Shown in pieces: positions 25,900-46,726 of a DNA stretch of 64,000 bases. Every line of letters begins with the position of its first letter. Position 1 is the stretch's first letter. The DNA comes from Neocallimastix sp. 'constans' (taxonomy: Eukaryota). The stretch lies in the NCBI GenBank assembly GCA_050613775.1, contig JBODTK010000105.1, positions 1 through 64,000 of the forward strand, in the 5' to 3' direction. The notes under the pieces were generated by a model. The model was not told the DNA's origin and searched no databases. It worked only from the letters and a program-made list of their open reading frames with translations. Position numbers and translations under genes: made by a program.

Positions 25900-26615
25900 G
25901 TTTTTTTTTTTTTGTCAACCTTTATACTTATCATTAATATTGATAATGGTATCCATTTTTTCATAGTTTCCTTGACAATTAAGTCTTTTTGGTTCAATTA
26001 TCCAATAAGGGATTTAGAACACATTATTGTTACCAATTGGAATTCTGCATCCTTTTGACAATCTAATTTAAATATCATTAAAGTACTTTTATCAAAATAT
26101 ATAATTTTTAAATAATATATATTATTGAAAATAAATCATTAATTTTTTTTAAAAAAAAAGAGAATATTATTATTTTTTTCTACTTTATTATATTTTATTT
26201 TGAATTATATTATTATACATTATATCTTTTTTTTTTTTTTTTTTTTTATATGATCTCTAATTTTGCTATATTTTATTCAAATATTTACACAAAAATTTAT
26301 TAAAATTAAAAATGTTTTTGTTGGAAATATTAAAGAGGATGGTGTTTTTGTTTTAGGCCTAAATTAGTAGAAATTATGAATTGTTGGGTCGAATAAAAAC
26401 TATAAAAACTAATAATTCTGAATTTATAAACTATTTTGATATAATAAAAATTAAAATTTATTTTTAATATATATCATTTTGTATTAATATATTTATATAT
26501 TTGTTTTATTGTATTTTATTGTATTGTATTTTTATTATTATTATTATTATTATTATTTTTTTTTTCTCTGATTTACAATAAATTCATTAATATATATATT
26601 ATTATTATTATTATT

Positions 26616-26677
<62 letters not shown>

Positions 26678-26928
26678 AATATTATTAATTTAGATTCAAA
26701 TATTTTTAATTTGAATGAATTATTTCATTAAAAAAAATGTAAAGTTCAGTTAATTTTTAAAGTATTGAAGAATACAAAAATTTCTGTAATAAATTTAATT
26801 TCAATTAATGTATTTATGAATTTCATTTTGAATAAATAAAAACCTTTAAACATATGTAATTATTCAAATATATTTTATTTAAATTTTGAAAATATTTTTT
26901 AAAACATGTTAATATTAATATTAATGTT

Positions 26929-26965
<37 letters not shown>

Positions 26966-27200
26966 TATATTTAATGTTAATAATATTAAAGAATGTAATT
27001 AATATTTTCATAAAAATTTATAACAAGAATCAGAAAATTTCTAAATTATATACTCAAAAAATAAAATACAACTACTTTAATTTTAATTAATAATAATATT
27101 ATTGATATATTTTTATAAATGTAAAGAAAAATTTTATTATCAATTATTAATATATTTTATAGGAAGGTATCTCAAGTAGTTTTATATGGAATATTGTATT
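25900..27200. pseudogene. Probable relic paralog of the 29.2-35.1 kb receptor gene
   Basis: 26324-26440 (+) GAAATATTAAAGAGGATGGTGTTTTTGTTTTAGG resembles exon 2 GAAATATTAAAAAGGAAGGTATTTTTGTTATTGG. 26050-26120 (-) gives FKNYIF/DKSTLMIFKLDCQK (one frameshift) vs exon 1 FKNCIFDTSQSVVFQLDCEK. Confidence 0.5.
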
Positions 27201-29082
27201 GTTTTATATAATTAAAAAAAAAAATAAAATTTATCTATCTTCTTTTTTCTTTGATTTCTTTTAATCAGAAACAAACAAACAAACAAACAAACGAACAAAA
27301 AAAAAAAAAAAGAAAGTATATATACTTATAATGAAATTCATTAATGAGTATATATATAAAAAAATATAAAATTGAATCCGATTAACAAAAAAATTAATAA
27401 ATTTTAAAGTGTTGAATTTAAAAAAGAAATAAAATTTAATATATATTATCAAATTATTAAAAAATTAACTTTTTTTTTTTATTTATTATTAAAGAAATCA
27501 ATATGTATAAAGTATTCATTAAATAATTAAAAACAAAAAGTATTATTTTTTAATTATTATTATTATTATTATTATTATTATTTTATATTAACTTTAAATA
27601 TTATAAAATTATTTAATTTTTAATAAATCTATCAGGGAAGATAATAATTATAAAAAAAATTTTTTTTATGTATAAAATATTCATTAAATAATTAAAAATA
27701 AAAAGTATTATTTTTTAATTATTTTTGTTATATAAAAAAAAAAAAAAATAAAATAATTAAAAAATAATACTTTTTATTTTTAATGTAACTTTAAATATTA
27801 TAAAATTATTTAATTTTTAATAAATCTATCAGTGAAGATAATATTAATATTAAAAAAAAAAAAATTTTTTTTTTTTAATATATTATAATTATAGGTATAG
27901 AAAGCACTTGATTTGCTAAAGAGGATTAGTGCAGTTTGTTTCCCCCCTCGATGATGATTCAATAGATCACTGAAAAGAAGTTCGTCGTATAAAACGATCC
28001 TATAGGGAATGTCTTTCATATTAGCTTTTGTATAGAGAGTGGACCGTATCAACGTTGAAACAGAATAGGCAAAGAATTTCATTGAGTTGTCAAGTACGTT
28101 TAAAGGAAAGGACTGAAGTTTCCTATTGTCCTACCCTTTCAATAATCCTAATTTAATATTTAGAATTTTATGTTTTTTATTTTTGGAATGTATGATAACT
28201 TTATATAATTATTATTTTTGTTAAAGGTTATTATTAATTTTAATTACTATGATTATAATCATTTACATTACTTAAAAAATTTAATTTAACTATATTTGTT
28301 TGTACATGTAAAACTCTGATGAATATTAGGCATGCGCCTCATACATTTACATAACATACATATTTAATTTATAATTAAAATATAAATAAATATACTAATC
28401 AAAGTTAAACATCATACTAAATTATTATTCATTATTTAAGATATTAAACTTTATTTCTAACATTTTTAAAAAAAAAATAAAGTATTCTTTTATTAAAATG
28501 GGTAAAAAAAAAATAAAAATCTAAATAATCTTTGCTTTTTCTATTTTTAATATAGATATAAAGAAAAAACTAAATATTATAAATAAGATTAAAATTTAAT
28601 AATTATAAAAAAAAAAAAAAAAAAAAAAATTAAGTTTTTGGTAAGATAAATTGATTTTCTATCATTTTTTATTGTTGGAAGAAATATAAAAAAAAAAAAA
28701 AAGTTTGAAAATAATTTACGAAAAAGTTAGTAAAGAATTTTTAGATTATAGAAATAGAGAAAAAAGAAAATAATTAGAAATAAAATTAAAAAAAAAAAAA
28801 AAAAAAAATTAAATAAAAATAAAAATGTTTACAAGATATATTAAAGTTTAAATTTTTAATTCCTATATTTGGATAATTAAAAAAAAAAAATTTTTTTTTT
28901 TAAATAATTTTAATTTTAAATATAATAATTAGAAATTATTATTATATATATATATATATATAAAAGATATGAATTTTTAAAAAAGTTTAATAATAAAAGA
29001 TTTTAGAGAAAGAAAAATTAGACTATTGAAAAAATTGTAATAGATATAATTTTTTTTATTAATATTTCAAAAAAAAAAAGAA

Positions 29083-29132
<50 letters not shown>

Positions 29133-29179
29133 GCTTCGATTTTAAATTTATTTTATTTTATTTTTTTTTTTTTAAATAG

Positions 29180-35132
<5,953 letters not shown>

Positions 35133-35599
35133 CCTTTAATATTTAATTTTCGCACATATGTAAAGGTTATTTTTTTTTAAAAAAAAAAAAAAACATTAAT
35201 TATCTAATTTTTACTTATATAAAAATTATTTTTTTTAAAAAAAGAACATTCTTTAATATCTAATTTTCATTAATATATACATATTAAGAATTATATTTAA
35301 AAAAAAAAAAAAAAAAAAAAAAAATTTTTTCCCTTTAACTATTTAAATATAAAAAATTTATATAATAATAGTAATAAAAATAAAAAATATTTTTAATTTT
35401 TTAATAATAAATATATGTATATAGATATATTTTTTATATAATCTTTTAAAAAAATAAATTTGTAGAAAAAAGTAAAAATACTATATAAAATTCATAAACT
35501 ATATATAATATATAAAATATAATGAATTCATTTTTTTTTAAAAAAAAAAAAAAAAAAAATAAAATAAATAAAATATCTTTTATATTATATTAAATTAAT

Positions 35600-36960
35600 A
35601 TGTTGTCTCTACTGAAATGATATTAGACATCTGCATGTTTTAAATATATATTAATTTCTCCATTTTCCTTTAAAAATTTTCTTGCTTGATTTTCAATATG
35701 GAATGTTATATTAAATTTCTTATTTTAATATTTCTTTAATCATAGTATTTTCTTGACATGTTCTGAAGTGCTTATATATTCAGTTTCTGCGGTAGAAGTA
35801 GAAACATTATATGATTGCTTTTTAGATATCCAGCATATAAGACTTTTTCCACTTAAAATAATTCTACCAGAAGTAGATTTTCTATCGGTCTTATCAACTG
35901 CGAAATCTGAGTCTGTGTAAACAATCAATTTCCCCCCCCCCTTTCAGATCATATTTAATTTTATAATCTTTTGTACTTTTTATAAACAAAGTAATTAACA
36001 TTATATATAATTTAAAATGTTAATTACTTTGTTCCAGTCTAAAGTTGTTGGTTATTCATCTTTTTTGGAAGCTTTATTTAAGGAGAAAGAAATTTCTGGT
36101 CTTGTACATTTTGATAAATAAATTAGATATTCAATTGCACTTTTTGTATATTGTTTTGTCAAAAGGCTTTTTTTTTTTTTTTTTTTTTTTTTTATTTTTC
36201 AGATATGCCATTGTCTCCTGCCAAGGTGGTTTTCTTTTTTCAAGTACTATTTATGTTTGAATTAATCTAATATATTTTCAATAAAGCTTTTCTAAAAAAT
36301 TATAAGATTTTTACTTTGTTTTTCTACTTTAATGTAACATTTAATTCTTTAAATATACTCAATTAGTCTACAATTTGATATTTTTTTTTTTTTTTTTTTT
36401 TTTTTAACTTTCGATATTATATCATTAATGCATTTCTTTTTCTCCAGCAATAACCTTGTCTTCAACGTAGAGTCCAATTAATATATTTAATTTTATTATG
36501 TAATGCATATTTGAATATACATTGATTGGCTTTTATTTGTTTACAATTACTATTAATTTAAAAATTTTTTGTTTTTTCATACCATTATATATCTGATTGT
36601 TTAAGGCAGTATAAAGCTTTAATAAGTTTACAGTATCCCCCCTCTCAAAGTTTATATCGCCTTTAGGAATGATAGTGTAAATATCTTTTGTCAAGAGGTG
36701 TATTAAGATAAGCAGCCTTAATATCATATTGGAAGATGTCCAAATGAAATAGCAGCTTTTAAATTAATATTTTCATTTAAATTAATATTTTCATTTAAAT
36801 AATTATTGTTATTTAAATTTTTATTTTTTGATGTTTTCCCCATCAATGTTCATTTTCGTAAAAAGCAAAATAGGCCTCTTGGTATCTATTTCTTGTCTAT
36901 TCAAAATTTCCTTGTTCTTCTTCAATACATTCAATATCATTAACATAGTTTATCTTTTTA
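35600..36960 (-). pseudogene. Decayed Ty1/copia RT-RNase H relic
   Basis: YTDSDFAVDKTDRKSTSG...WISKKQ...STSTAETEY RNase H motifs; RT remnants. Confidence 0.85.
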
Positions 36961-39900
36961 TTTTCTGTATCCATAATATATAAATAATTTTTTTTATAAA
37001 ATCCAAGAAAAATACCCTTCTTTGGATTTATTATTTAATATTTAATATTTATTATATATTATTTAATTATTTATAATTTATTATTTATTAGTTATTATTC
37101 AATTATTTATTTATTATTATATATTATTTATTATTATTATTTATTAATAAATAACTTACTCTTTTATTTTTTATTATTTATTATTTATTATTTATTATAT
37201 AAATTTAATCAAATAATTAAATATAACTTATTCATAATATACTTATACATGTTAATTATTTAATTGTATAATAATCTTTATATATAATTTTTTTTTATTC
37301 ATATTGTTTTTTTTTTTTTAATTTAATGACAAATATTTCTTTAATAGGAAATTTTAAACCATTAACTATAAATTAAGATTTAATTTCAAAATACTTTAAT
37401 AAATAATAAATTAGCAAAAAAAAAACTTTAATCAAAAAGAACTGTAGACTTTTTAACTAATCATTTTTTTTATTTTGATCAATTTTATATTAAATAAGAT
37501 TTAAATAATGGTTACACCTCACGATTACATTATTTATATCATTAATTAAAAATAAAAAAACAAAAAATAAAAAAACAAATGAAATAAAAGTCCATGTTAT
37601 GAAGATTTATTATTTATTTATTTGTCGTCCTCAATTAAATAATAAGAGGAATGTAAAATTAATAAAGGATGACACAGATTATAATAAAAGAGAATGATAA
37701 AGTAATAATACTCTGTAAATACATGATATACTTTCACATAAGAACAAAATATTTATTCATATAAATATAAAATTTTTATTATTATAATTCTATAACATAA
37801 ATATAAATACATACACAGCAACTATATAAAATATAAAAATATAAACTATATTTATGAAATATTATATAAATATAAATTATATATATATTAAATATAAACT
37901 ATATCTATGTAAAATTAAATAAATATAAATTATATATATATTGAATATAAAATATATTTATATATATTCATTACATTATCATTAACTATAAAATAAAATA
38001 TAAAATATAAAATATTAAAATATAAATTATTACATAATTATATGCCTAAACATTAATACTTAGAATTTAATATATTAATATAATCAATTTTATATGCTTA
38101 AACATTAATACTTAGAATTTAATATATTAATATAATCAATTTTATTTAGTAAATAAAATTATAAATTATTTGATAATAACTAAAATTTCATATTTATTAA
38201 TTAATTTAAAAAGTTAAAAAAGTAATTAAAGTTAGTACTAATAATGAGATCATTTTTGGATAATATTATCCCAAAATTTTATTTGGGATAATATCAGCAC
38301 TACATAAGAAGTTATTTCTACTTAAACATACCAACGAACTCATGAAAAAAAAATTTTTTTTTTTCTATTTAAATATATCAAAAATTAATAAATAAAAAAA
38401 AAAGTTTTTTTTTTTTTTAACTTTAAACAACTGAACTAATATTATTTTTATTATAAATTATATTAAAAATATAATATAGAATTATAAATATTTTATAATT
38501 TATTTTTTTTTTTTTAAAATCCCTTAACATTTATAATATCAAAATATTTAAATTTTAAAATTTTTAAAAATAACAAATTTTAAGTAATGTCATTCAATGG
38601 TTTATAAAATCAATTTTATATTTGATAATGATTAACAGTAAATAATTGAATAATTGAATAATTGAATAATAATAAATAAATAATAAATAATAAATAATAA
38701 ATAATAAATATTAAATAATAAATAATTAAATAATAAATAATAAAATAGTAATAAAAAGAGTATTTATTAATAAATAATAAATAATAAATAATTGAATAAT
38801 AAATAATAAATAATAATATAATAATATAATAATATAATTTAAAGTTTAATTAATTTCCATTTAATTTTTAGGATAAGAGTTTGTATATAAAATTGTATTA
38901 ATTTTTTTTGTGTTTTATTTTTTTAAGTCTCCGATAATCAAGTCTGAATTTATTAATGAAAATGCTAACTTTTATTATTATTATAATTATTATTTTCATA
39001 AATTATTTATTAATTTTTTTTTATATTATTTACTAATTTTGATTCTTTATTAAATTATTGAAGTCAACTTTATTTCATAGGCAATAATTGTAATAATTAT
39101 AATTATGTCTAAGTTTAATTTATTAGCTGTTCTTATTTTCATTATTATATAATTTATATGCACAATAGAATCATATAAGAAATCATATATATAATACCAA
39201 TCACATTTCAAAGAATAAATATAGAAAGAAAAAACTTCTTTTGAATGTTTAAAAAAGAGAATAAAATTTAAACTAATACTATTTTTATCTCCTTCAAATT
39301 TTCCGCTATTAATGTAATATATATATTTTATTGTATAAATGATGATTAAAAGGTTTTTTTTATTTTATTTAAATAATAAATTTAATGATTAATAATAATT
39401 TATAATTATTACAATTATAATTATACTTTAATATTATCCCCTATAAATATAATACATAATCTATTTTTGGAAAAAAAATATTAAATCATCATCATTTAAA
39501 TAAATAAAAAAAAAAAAGTTTCAATATTCAGGAAAATAAAACTTTATTTTATATTAATTTTAATGAATCTTTAAAAAAAATTAATTTAATTTCAATTTAA
39601 TTAAATTTAATTTAATAAATTTTAATTTAAGAAGATTTAATTTAATTTAAAATTTTTAATTAAAAAATAATATGACATTTTTATAACCAATGATTTGGAG
39701 GTAAATCTCAACTTTTTTTTAATAATATTATAAAAAATTGTTAAGTTACACTAAAAAATGAATAAAGAAAAAGTATAATTACTAATATTTTTTATTTTAG
39801 GATTATTTATTTTATGATTATTCCTTAAAAGCATAGATCATAGATTATATTATAGACTAGAAAATATTTAAAAATAATAGCTAATAATTTACTAAAATAA

Positions 39901-42508
39901 AATAAAATAAAATATGAAATATTTAATATGAATCAAATATTATCAAGCTTTAAAATAGATAGCAGAAGAAAAAATTAATTTCATCTGATTTTTTCAAACG
40001 TAGAATAAGAATTAACTATGAAATATAAAGATAAATAAATAAATAAAAAATATTTTTTTTTGTTTATATAAACATGTTCTAATAAATATATTAAAATTAT
40101 AATATTAACAAAAAAATTTGCATACATATTATAATAAAAAAAATGGAAACATTTCTGATAATAAAAAAAATTTTTTTTTATTATTGTTTAATGATGACTT
40201 TTTATGAAATAAAATTAAAGTTCTTATTATAGCTAATGTTGCTAATTTAATCAATTTAAGAAATATATATATATATATAAAAGAGAGAAAAAAATTAATA
40301 TTGTTATCTTTGACAAAATAGAACAAATAAAATTTGATATTGTAAAGAAGTATTTAATAAAGATGAAATACTTCTACTACTACTACTACTACTTTAACTT
40401 TGATTATTATTAATACTTCTACTACTACTACTATTACTAATAATACTTCTACTTCTACTACTACTACTACTACTCTACTAATAATAATAATAATAATAAT
40501 ATGAATATTAATATTTATTATTCAATAATAAAATTCCAGAGTTATACTGAAATAGTTTTATAATTAAGTTTATAATTATCAAAATAATTATTATTGTATT
40601 TTAATAATAATATTAATAATATTTAAGGAACTTTAAATGGATTTATAATATAATATATTATTACTAATTATTACAATAAAATATTAAATAGTACTCATAT
40701 CAAATAAAATAACAGTGCTTCTGATAAATAATATAAAACAAAATAATTAAATAATAATAATTGATATAAATAATAAATAACAATAATAAAAATATATTAT
40801 TTTATATATACAAATAGTAAAATCTTATGTATAAATATACATAGATAAATACAATATAATATATAAATCATTATATAGAGTTTATATATTCCATATGACA
40901 TCATCTGCTATAGCTATAAAGGAAAGGTTATACAAAAGAATTTTTTATTGAATAGAAGAACAATAGCCAAATTCTGATAAAATTCATGGTAACACATATC
41001 TAAATTTTTTTTTTTTTTTCAATAAATTTAAAATTACTAGTGTAGAATTTCGTATTTTCATATCACAGATAAAGAAATAATCCATATTTATTTATTTATT
41101 TATTAATTAATTATTTATTTATTATTTATTTATTATTTATTTACTTATTTAATATTAATTTATTTATTTATTTATTCAATTATCTATTATATATTTTATT
41201 TATTTTGTATTTTATGTATGATATTGTTTAAATAATTTAATTTAATTAAATTAAAAAATAATTATAATAATTGTGAATAATAAATATAAAAATCATAAAA
41301 GTTTATAAATTAAAGTTTAATAAATCTTTTAACCAATCTTTACTTAATAATTGAATTATTTATCTTTTTAATTTAATAAACTTTTTTCTTATTTGATAAC
41401 AAACTTTATTTATTTATTAGTATTTCTTTAATTTAAATTTTATTTATTAGTATTTCTTTAATTAAGATTTTATTTAATAGAAATTTTTTAATTTAAATTA
41501 TATTTATTATTGTTTCATTATTTAAATTTTAAATATTATTATTTTATCTTCTTTATAGTAAATTGATTAATTTATGAATTCATATATTTTTTTATTTTTG
41601 AAAACTTTAATCTGCTGAAAAATGAAAGGAAACTTTAAATTTTTGAATGAAAAAAAAAGCCTTTAAAATCAAAGTAAAAAAATAAAAATAAATATAAAAA
41701 TGATAAATCAAATATTAAAGTAAATAATATAATAAATGAATAAATAAATATTAAATAGATAAATATGAAAGATATATATAAATATATGAAAATATATAAG
41801 TAAATAAATAAATAAATAAATAAATAAATTTATATATAACAATATGAATAAAAAAAAAGAACTTTTAAAATTCTTATAAAAAAAAATTTATTTTTTTGAC
41901 CAATATGAATATTTAAATATGAATATTTAAATTAAATTTTCAATATAATTTTCAATATACTATACATAAATTAATATATAGTTAGAATTTATAATTTAAA
42001 AGATTTAATAAAACAAATCAATTTTATTTTTATTTTATAATTAAAAAAATTTTTTTTTTTGAAAAATTAAAAATATATAAATAATCGAAATCTCTCAAAT
42101 TTTAAAATAAAAATAAAATAAAAAATAAATTCAAAAAAATTTAAAAAAAAAAAAAGCTTAAAAAGAAATAATAATATATAATAAATATATTATTACTTAT
42201 TTATTTTTTATTTGTATTAATAATATATATCTACTATTTAGAATATTATGTTTATTTTAAATAAAATCTGTAGATTAAATATATTACATATTATTATAAT
42301 TTATTTTAATTTTTAAGTTTTAATAAATTAGATAAAAAATAAAATATTTAGAAGGAAAAAAAAAAATAATATTTAATAACATTTAATATTAATATTTTAT
42401 AGAGGAAATATTTAATAAAGTAAAAATAATAATAAAAATAAATAAAATTAAAGATTATTTACATATTAAACAAAAAAAAAAAATAAATAAATAAAGGAAA
42501 CATTAATA

Positions 42509-43432
42509 ATGAATTATAAACTTATCACAGCACTTGTTTTAAGTGAGTATTATAAAATAAAAAAAAATTTTTTTTCCATAATTATATATAATTAATTAAT
42601 TTTAAAAATATATGTATATTATTAACTATAAAAAAATTTTTTTTTATTATATAAGTCTTTGGCAAAACTTTTGCTCAGAAGGATTGTTGGTCAACTGAAC
42701 TTGGTTTATCATGTTGTGAATTAAAAACAACTAAAATTGAATTCACTGATAATGGTAATGGTCATCAATATGGTATTGAAGATAATCACTTATGTGCTAT
42801 TAATGATATTCAACTTTGTCCAGAAGGAAGAGAATATAAATGTTGTAAATCATGTGATATTATTTATACAGACACCTCAGATTGGGGAGTTGAAGATGAT
42901 GACTGGTGTTCTATTCCATATACATGTGAAAAAAAAAAAGAAGAAACTACCACTACCACTACCACTACTACAATTGAACCAATTCCTACAATGGAAGTAA
43001 AATGTGCTAAATCTTATGAAATGTGTGGTGGAACAAATTATCCAGATGCTCCAAATTGTTGTGAACCAGGTAATTTCTGTTGGAAAAAATATTCCAACCT
43101 TTATCAATGTCTTCCAGATTCCCTTAAGGATGTCATGGGTTATGTTCCATCTGAAGATGAAAAACCAAATAATTGTGCAAAGGCTAATGAACCATGTGGT
43201 GGTTCCTATTATAAAGATGCTCCAAATTGTTGTGAACCAGGATATGCTTGTGTTTACAGAAGTTCATTTTATTCCGTCTGTCAACCAGAAAGTGAAAATA
43301 TTAATAGTACCTTAACTACTACTGTTACTACTACTACTACTACTACTACTACTACAAATATTCCAACTACCACTACTACTACCACTACTACTACTACTAC
43401 TACAAATATTCCAACTACAACTACTACTACCA

Positions 43433-43464
<32 letters not shown>

Positions 43465-44254
43465 GCAAATATTCCAACTACCACTACTACTACTACTTCT
43501 ACTACAAATATTCCAACTACCACTACCACTACTACTACTACTACAAATATTCCAACTACAACTACTACTACCACTACTACTACTACTACAAATATTCCAA
43601 CTACCACTAAAAATGCATCATCTACTGATGAAGTTTGTGGTACAACAGGAATTCCATGTGGTGGTACCTTATATTCAAACCTTCCAAAATGTTGTGATGG
43701 TTATGTTTGTTATGCAAAGAATATATATTACAGTGAATGTATTTTGGAATCTGATATACCAAATCAAACTACTTCTACTAAACCATCTCCTACTAATGAT
43801 CAATCAATTGAATGTGCTAAAGGTTATTATCCATGTGGCGGTTCCTACTATCCAAATGGTCCAAACTGTTGTGAACCAGGTTTTGCTTGTTTTGATGTTA
43901 GTCCTCTCTACAAGCAATGCCTTCCAGAAAAGAATGAGACTACCACTACTACTAAACTAAGAACTACCAAAGAAAGAGTTACTACTACTACTACTACTAC
44001 TACTACTAATAATAATAGTTCATATCCAACAAATTCTTCCAATCAATGTGCTAAAGCTTATCAACCATGTGGTGGTAATGATTTTCCAAGTGTTCCATCC
44101 TGTTGTGAACCTGGATTTGCTTGTTTAAAAAAGAATCCAAATTATCATCAATGTATTCCAGAAGATGCTGTTAATGCTATGGCTAGTGCTTCTTCAACTA
44201 CTTCTACTACTACTACTACTACTAAACCAAGAACTACCAAAGAAAGAGTTACTA

Positions 44255-44296
<42 letters not shown>

Positions 44297-45000
44297 ATAA
44301 TAATAATAATAATTCCAATCCAACAAATTCTTCCAATCAATGTGCTAAAGCTTATCAACCATGTGGTGGTAATGATTTTCCAAATGTTCCATCCTGTTGT
44401 GAACCTGGATTTGCTTGTTTAAAAAAGAATCCAAATTATCATCAATGTATTCCAGAAGATGCTGTTAATGCTATGGCTAGTGCTTCTTCAACTACTTCTA
44501 CTACCACTACTACTATTACTACTACTTCAGTTCAACCAACTCAAGGTAATAACCAACAACAACCACAACCAAATTATCCTTTCCCATTCCCATTTCCATT
44601 CTTCCCACCTCCACAAAATTCTCAAGATCAGCAAAACCAACATAACCAACAAAATCAACAATATCAGTATGGTCAATGTGCCAAAGCTTATGAATTCTGT
44701 GGTGGTTCTCTCCATCAAGATGCTCCAAAATGTTGTGAAAGTGGTAATACTTGTGTCAGAAAGGACGATACCTACTATCAATGTATTCCAGATTTCGAAT
44801 TAAATAATGAAAATAAAAATAACGGTTATTGTGCTAAAGCCTATGAAATGTGTGGTGGTATCAATTATGAGAAAAAATGTTGTGAATCTGGTACAACTTG
44901 TGTTGAATTCAATGAATATCATCATCAATGTATTCCAAATGTTGGTTTACAAGGTGAAGTTCTCTCAATTTCTGAAGAAGTTTTAAAAAGTTTCTCTTAA
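42509..45000 (+). CDS. Secreted non-catalytic cellulosome-type protein: 2 fungal dockerins + 8 CBM1-like modules with Thr-rich linkers (about 792 aa)
   Basis: Exon 1 42509-42542 (MNYKLITALVL), GT..AG intron, exon 2 42656-45000 in frame with the listed 669-aa ORF. Dockerin-type CWSTELGLSCC...YGIEDNHLC and YKCC...WGVEDDDWC. Eight C-x6-CGG...CC...C...C modules. Confidence 0.88.
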
Positions 45001-45337
45001 AAAAAAAAAATAAAAATAAAAATAAAATGAAAGAAGAAAAAACAAATCTATATATTGGTAATGATAATAACTATAATAAATTAATTCTTTTTTATTAATT
45101 TAAAATTATAATTTCTTTTTTTTTTTTAAAAAAAAAAATTCTAAAACAAAATAAAATAATAAAAAAAAAAAAAGGGAAATTGAAAAATAAAAGCAATAGT
45201 AATAATGAAAAGATATTCATTAAGAAAAAATAATAATATATGAGTAATAATTCTTTTATTATTATTACTACTAATCTTTGATTTTATAATTATTATCAAC
45301 ATTATTATTGTATTATATATTTAATACAATAATAGTA

Positions 45338-45373
<36 letters not shown>

Positions 45374-45539
45374 AAATTATATTTTAAATTTAAAAAAAAA
45401 ATATTAGTCACTTATCACTAATATTTGTAATTATATATATATATATAAATATAATATTTGTAATTTTTTTTTAAAAAAAAATGTAATATATATATCAATA
45501 ATCTAATTATTATTGTAAATTTTTTTTAAAACAAAAAAT

Positions 45540-45594
<55 letters not shown>

Positions 45595-45724
45595 TTAATA
45601 ATTTATAAGAAAATTTTTAAACTATTTTACTAATATAAATTTTTTACTTTATATAACAATATTTAAAGTTATTGTATAATACTTTAAAAATTTTCATTTT
45701 TAATTTATATTTAAAAAAAATATA

Positions 45725-45775
<51 letters not shown>

Positions 45776-46135
45776 AATATTTAAATAATAATTAATGTAA
45801 TATTCCTCTAAATATAATAATAATAATAACAATAATAAAATAATTATTTATTAATTTTAATATAAATATGTTTTTTTTTTATTAATTATATAATAAATTT
45901 ATTCTTATTCTTTTTAATGTCTTTTTTTTTTTTTTTTTTTTTTATTATTATCATTATTATTTTATTTTTTATTTTTATTTTTAATATTATTATTTTTTTT
46001 ATATCAAATATTTTATTTCATTTTCATTTAAAATTTACCTTATAAAAAAATATTTTATTTAAAAAAAAAAAAAAAAAATTGAAAAATGAAATAATAAAAT
46101 AATGAAATAATGAAATAATAATAATTAATAATAAT

Positions 46136-46221
<86 letters not shown>

Positions 46222-46271
46222 TAATAATAATAATAATAGTAATAATAATAGTAATAATAACAATAATAATT

Positions 46272-46726
46272 CCCCAATGATGTGGACTGTTTTTCCAGGT
46301 CCATGGAGGGTTGATGGAAAGGGATTAACCTATATCAGGTGTACTAATTACAGCTCTCTGTGATTCTGATGATCATCGACGTTTATCCTTTCTAAAGTGG
46401 CTTCTAGTACGAAGAGAGAAAATTGGAATACTGGAAGACTGTAGAAAGTGAACTTGATGTTTTATATTGTTTTAAACTGGATATGTAGTAACATTGGAGT
46501 TGTATAATTAATGATATCATGTAGTTTCTACATATTATCATTGTAATGAATCTATTGTATTTTTTTTACTTTAGCATTATTTTGTATATGTATTTTTCTA
46601 TAGTATTATTTATACTTTCATGTAACTATTGTAAAATGGAAATGTAGGAGATTGATTCACTCCAAAGCTTGTGTTTAAGATATTATTTAACTGATAGGAA
46701 TCTTTTTATAGTCTTTCACTACTAAC
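46272..46726 (+). other. Conserved, putatively structured LINE 5' leader (other copies 3869-4325 minus, 61684-62120 plus)
   Basis: Three high-identity copies; k-turn hairpin at the start; 16-bp long-range helix 46433-46448 with 46702-46717. Confidence 0.6.

Larger units (their letters stand above)
35271..46000 (+). repeat. Segmental duplication, copy 1
   Basis: 35271-40420 matches 49551-54020; about 44250-46000 matches 54140-55508 plus 60810-61200. Confidence 0.85.

Noticed and set aside
27990..28030. U3 snoRNA-like 5' sequence on the minus strand
   Set aside because: Only loose resemblance; boxes B, C and D not found in order.
38040..38292. ~52-bp tandem duplication and 11-bp hairpin ATTATCCCAAA/TTTGGGATAAT as a Helitron end or CRISPR-like repeat
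   Set aside because: Only two units with no spacers, and no CTRR terminus after the hairpin.
40880..41090. Possible decayed exons
   Set aside because: No recognisable motif or open frame.
43004..44803. Overlapping alternative-frame and antisense ORFs (poly-V, poly-L)
   Set aside because: Shadows of the ACT-rich CBM1 gene.
46272..46450. HDV-like or hammerhead ribozyme in the LINE leader
   Set aside because: GTGGACT/GGTCCAT+GG mimics P1/P1.1 but the 9-nt loop cannot hold P2, P3 and L3. CTGATGA is not followed by a stem II-GAAA core.
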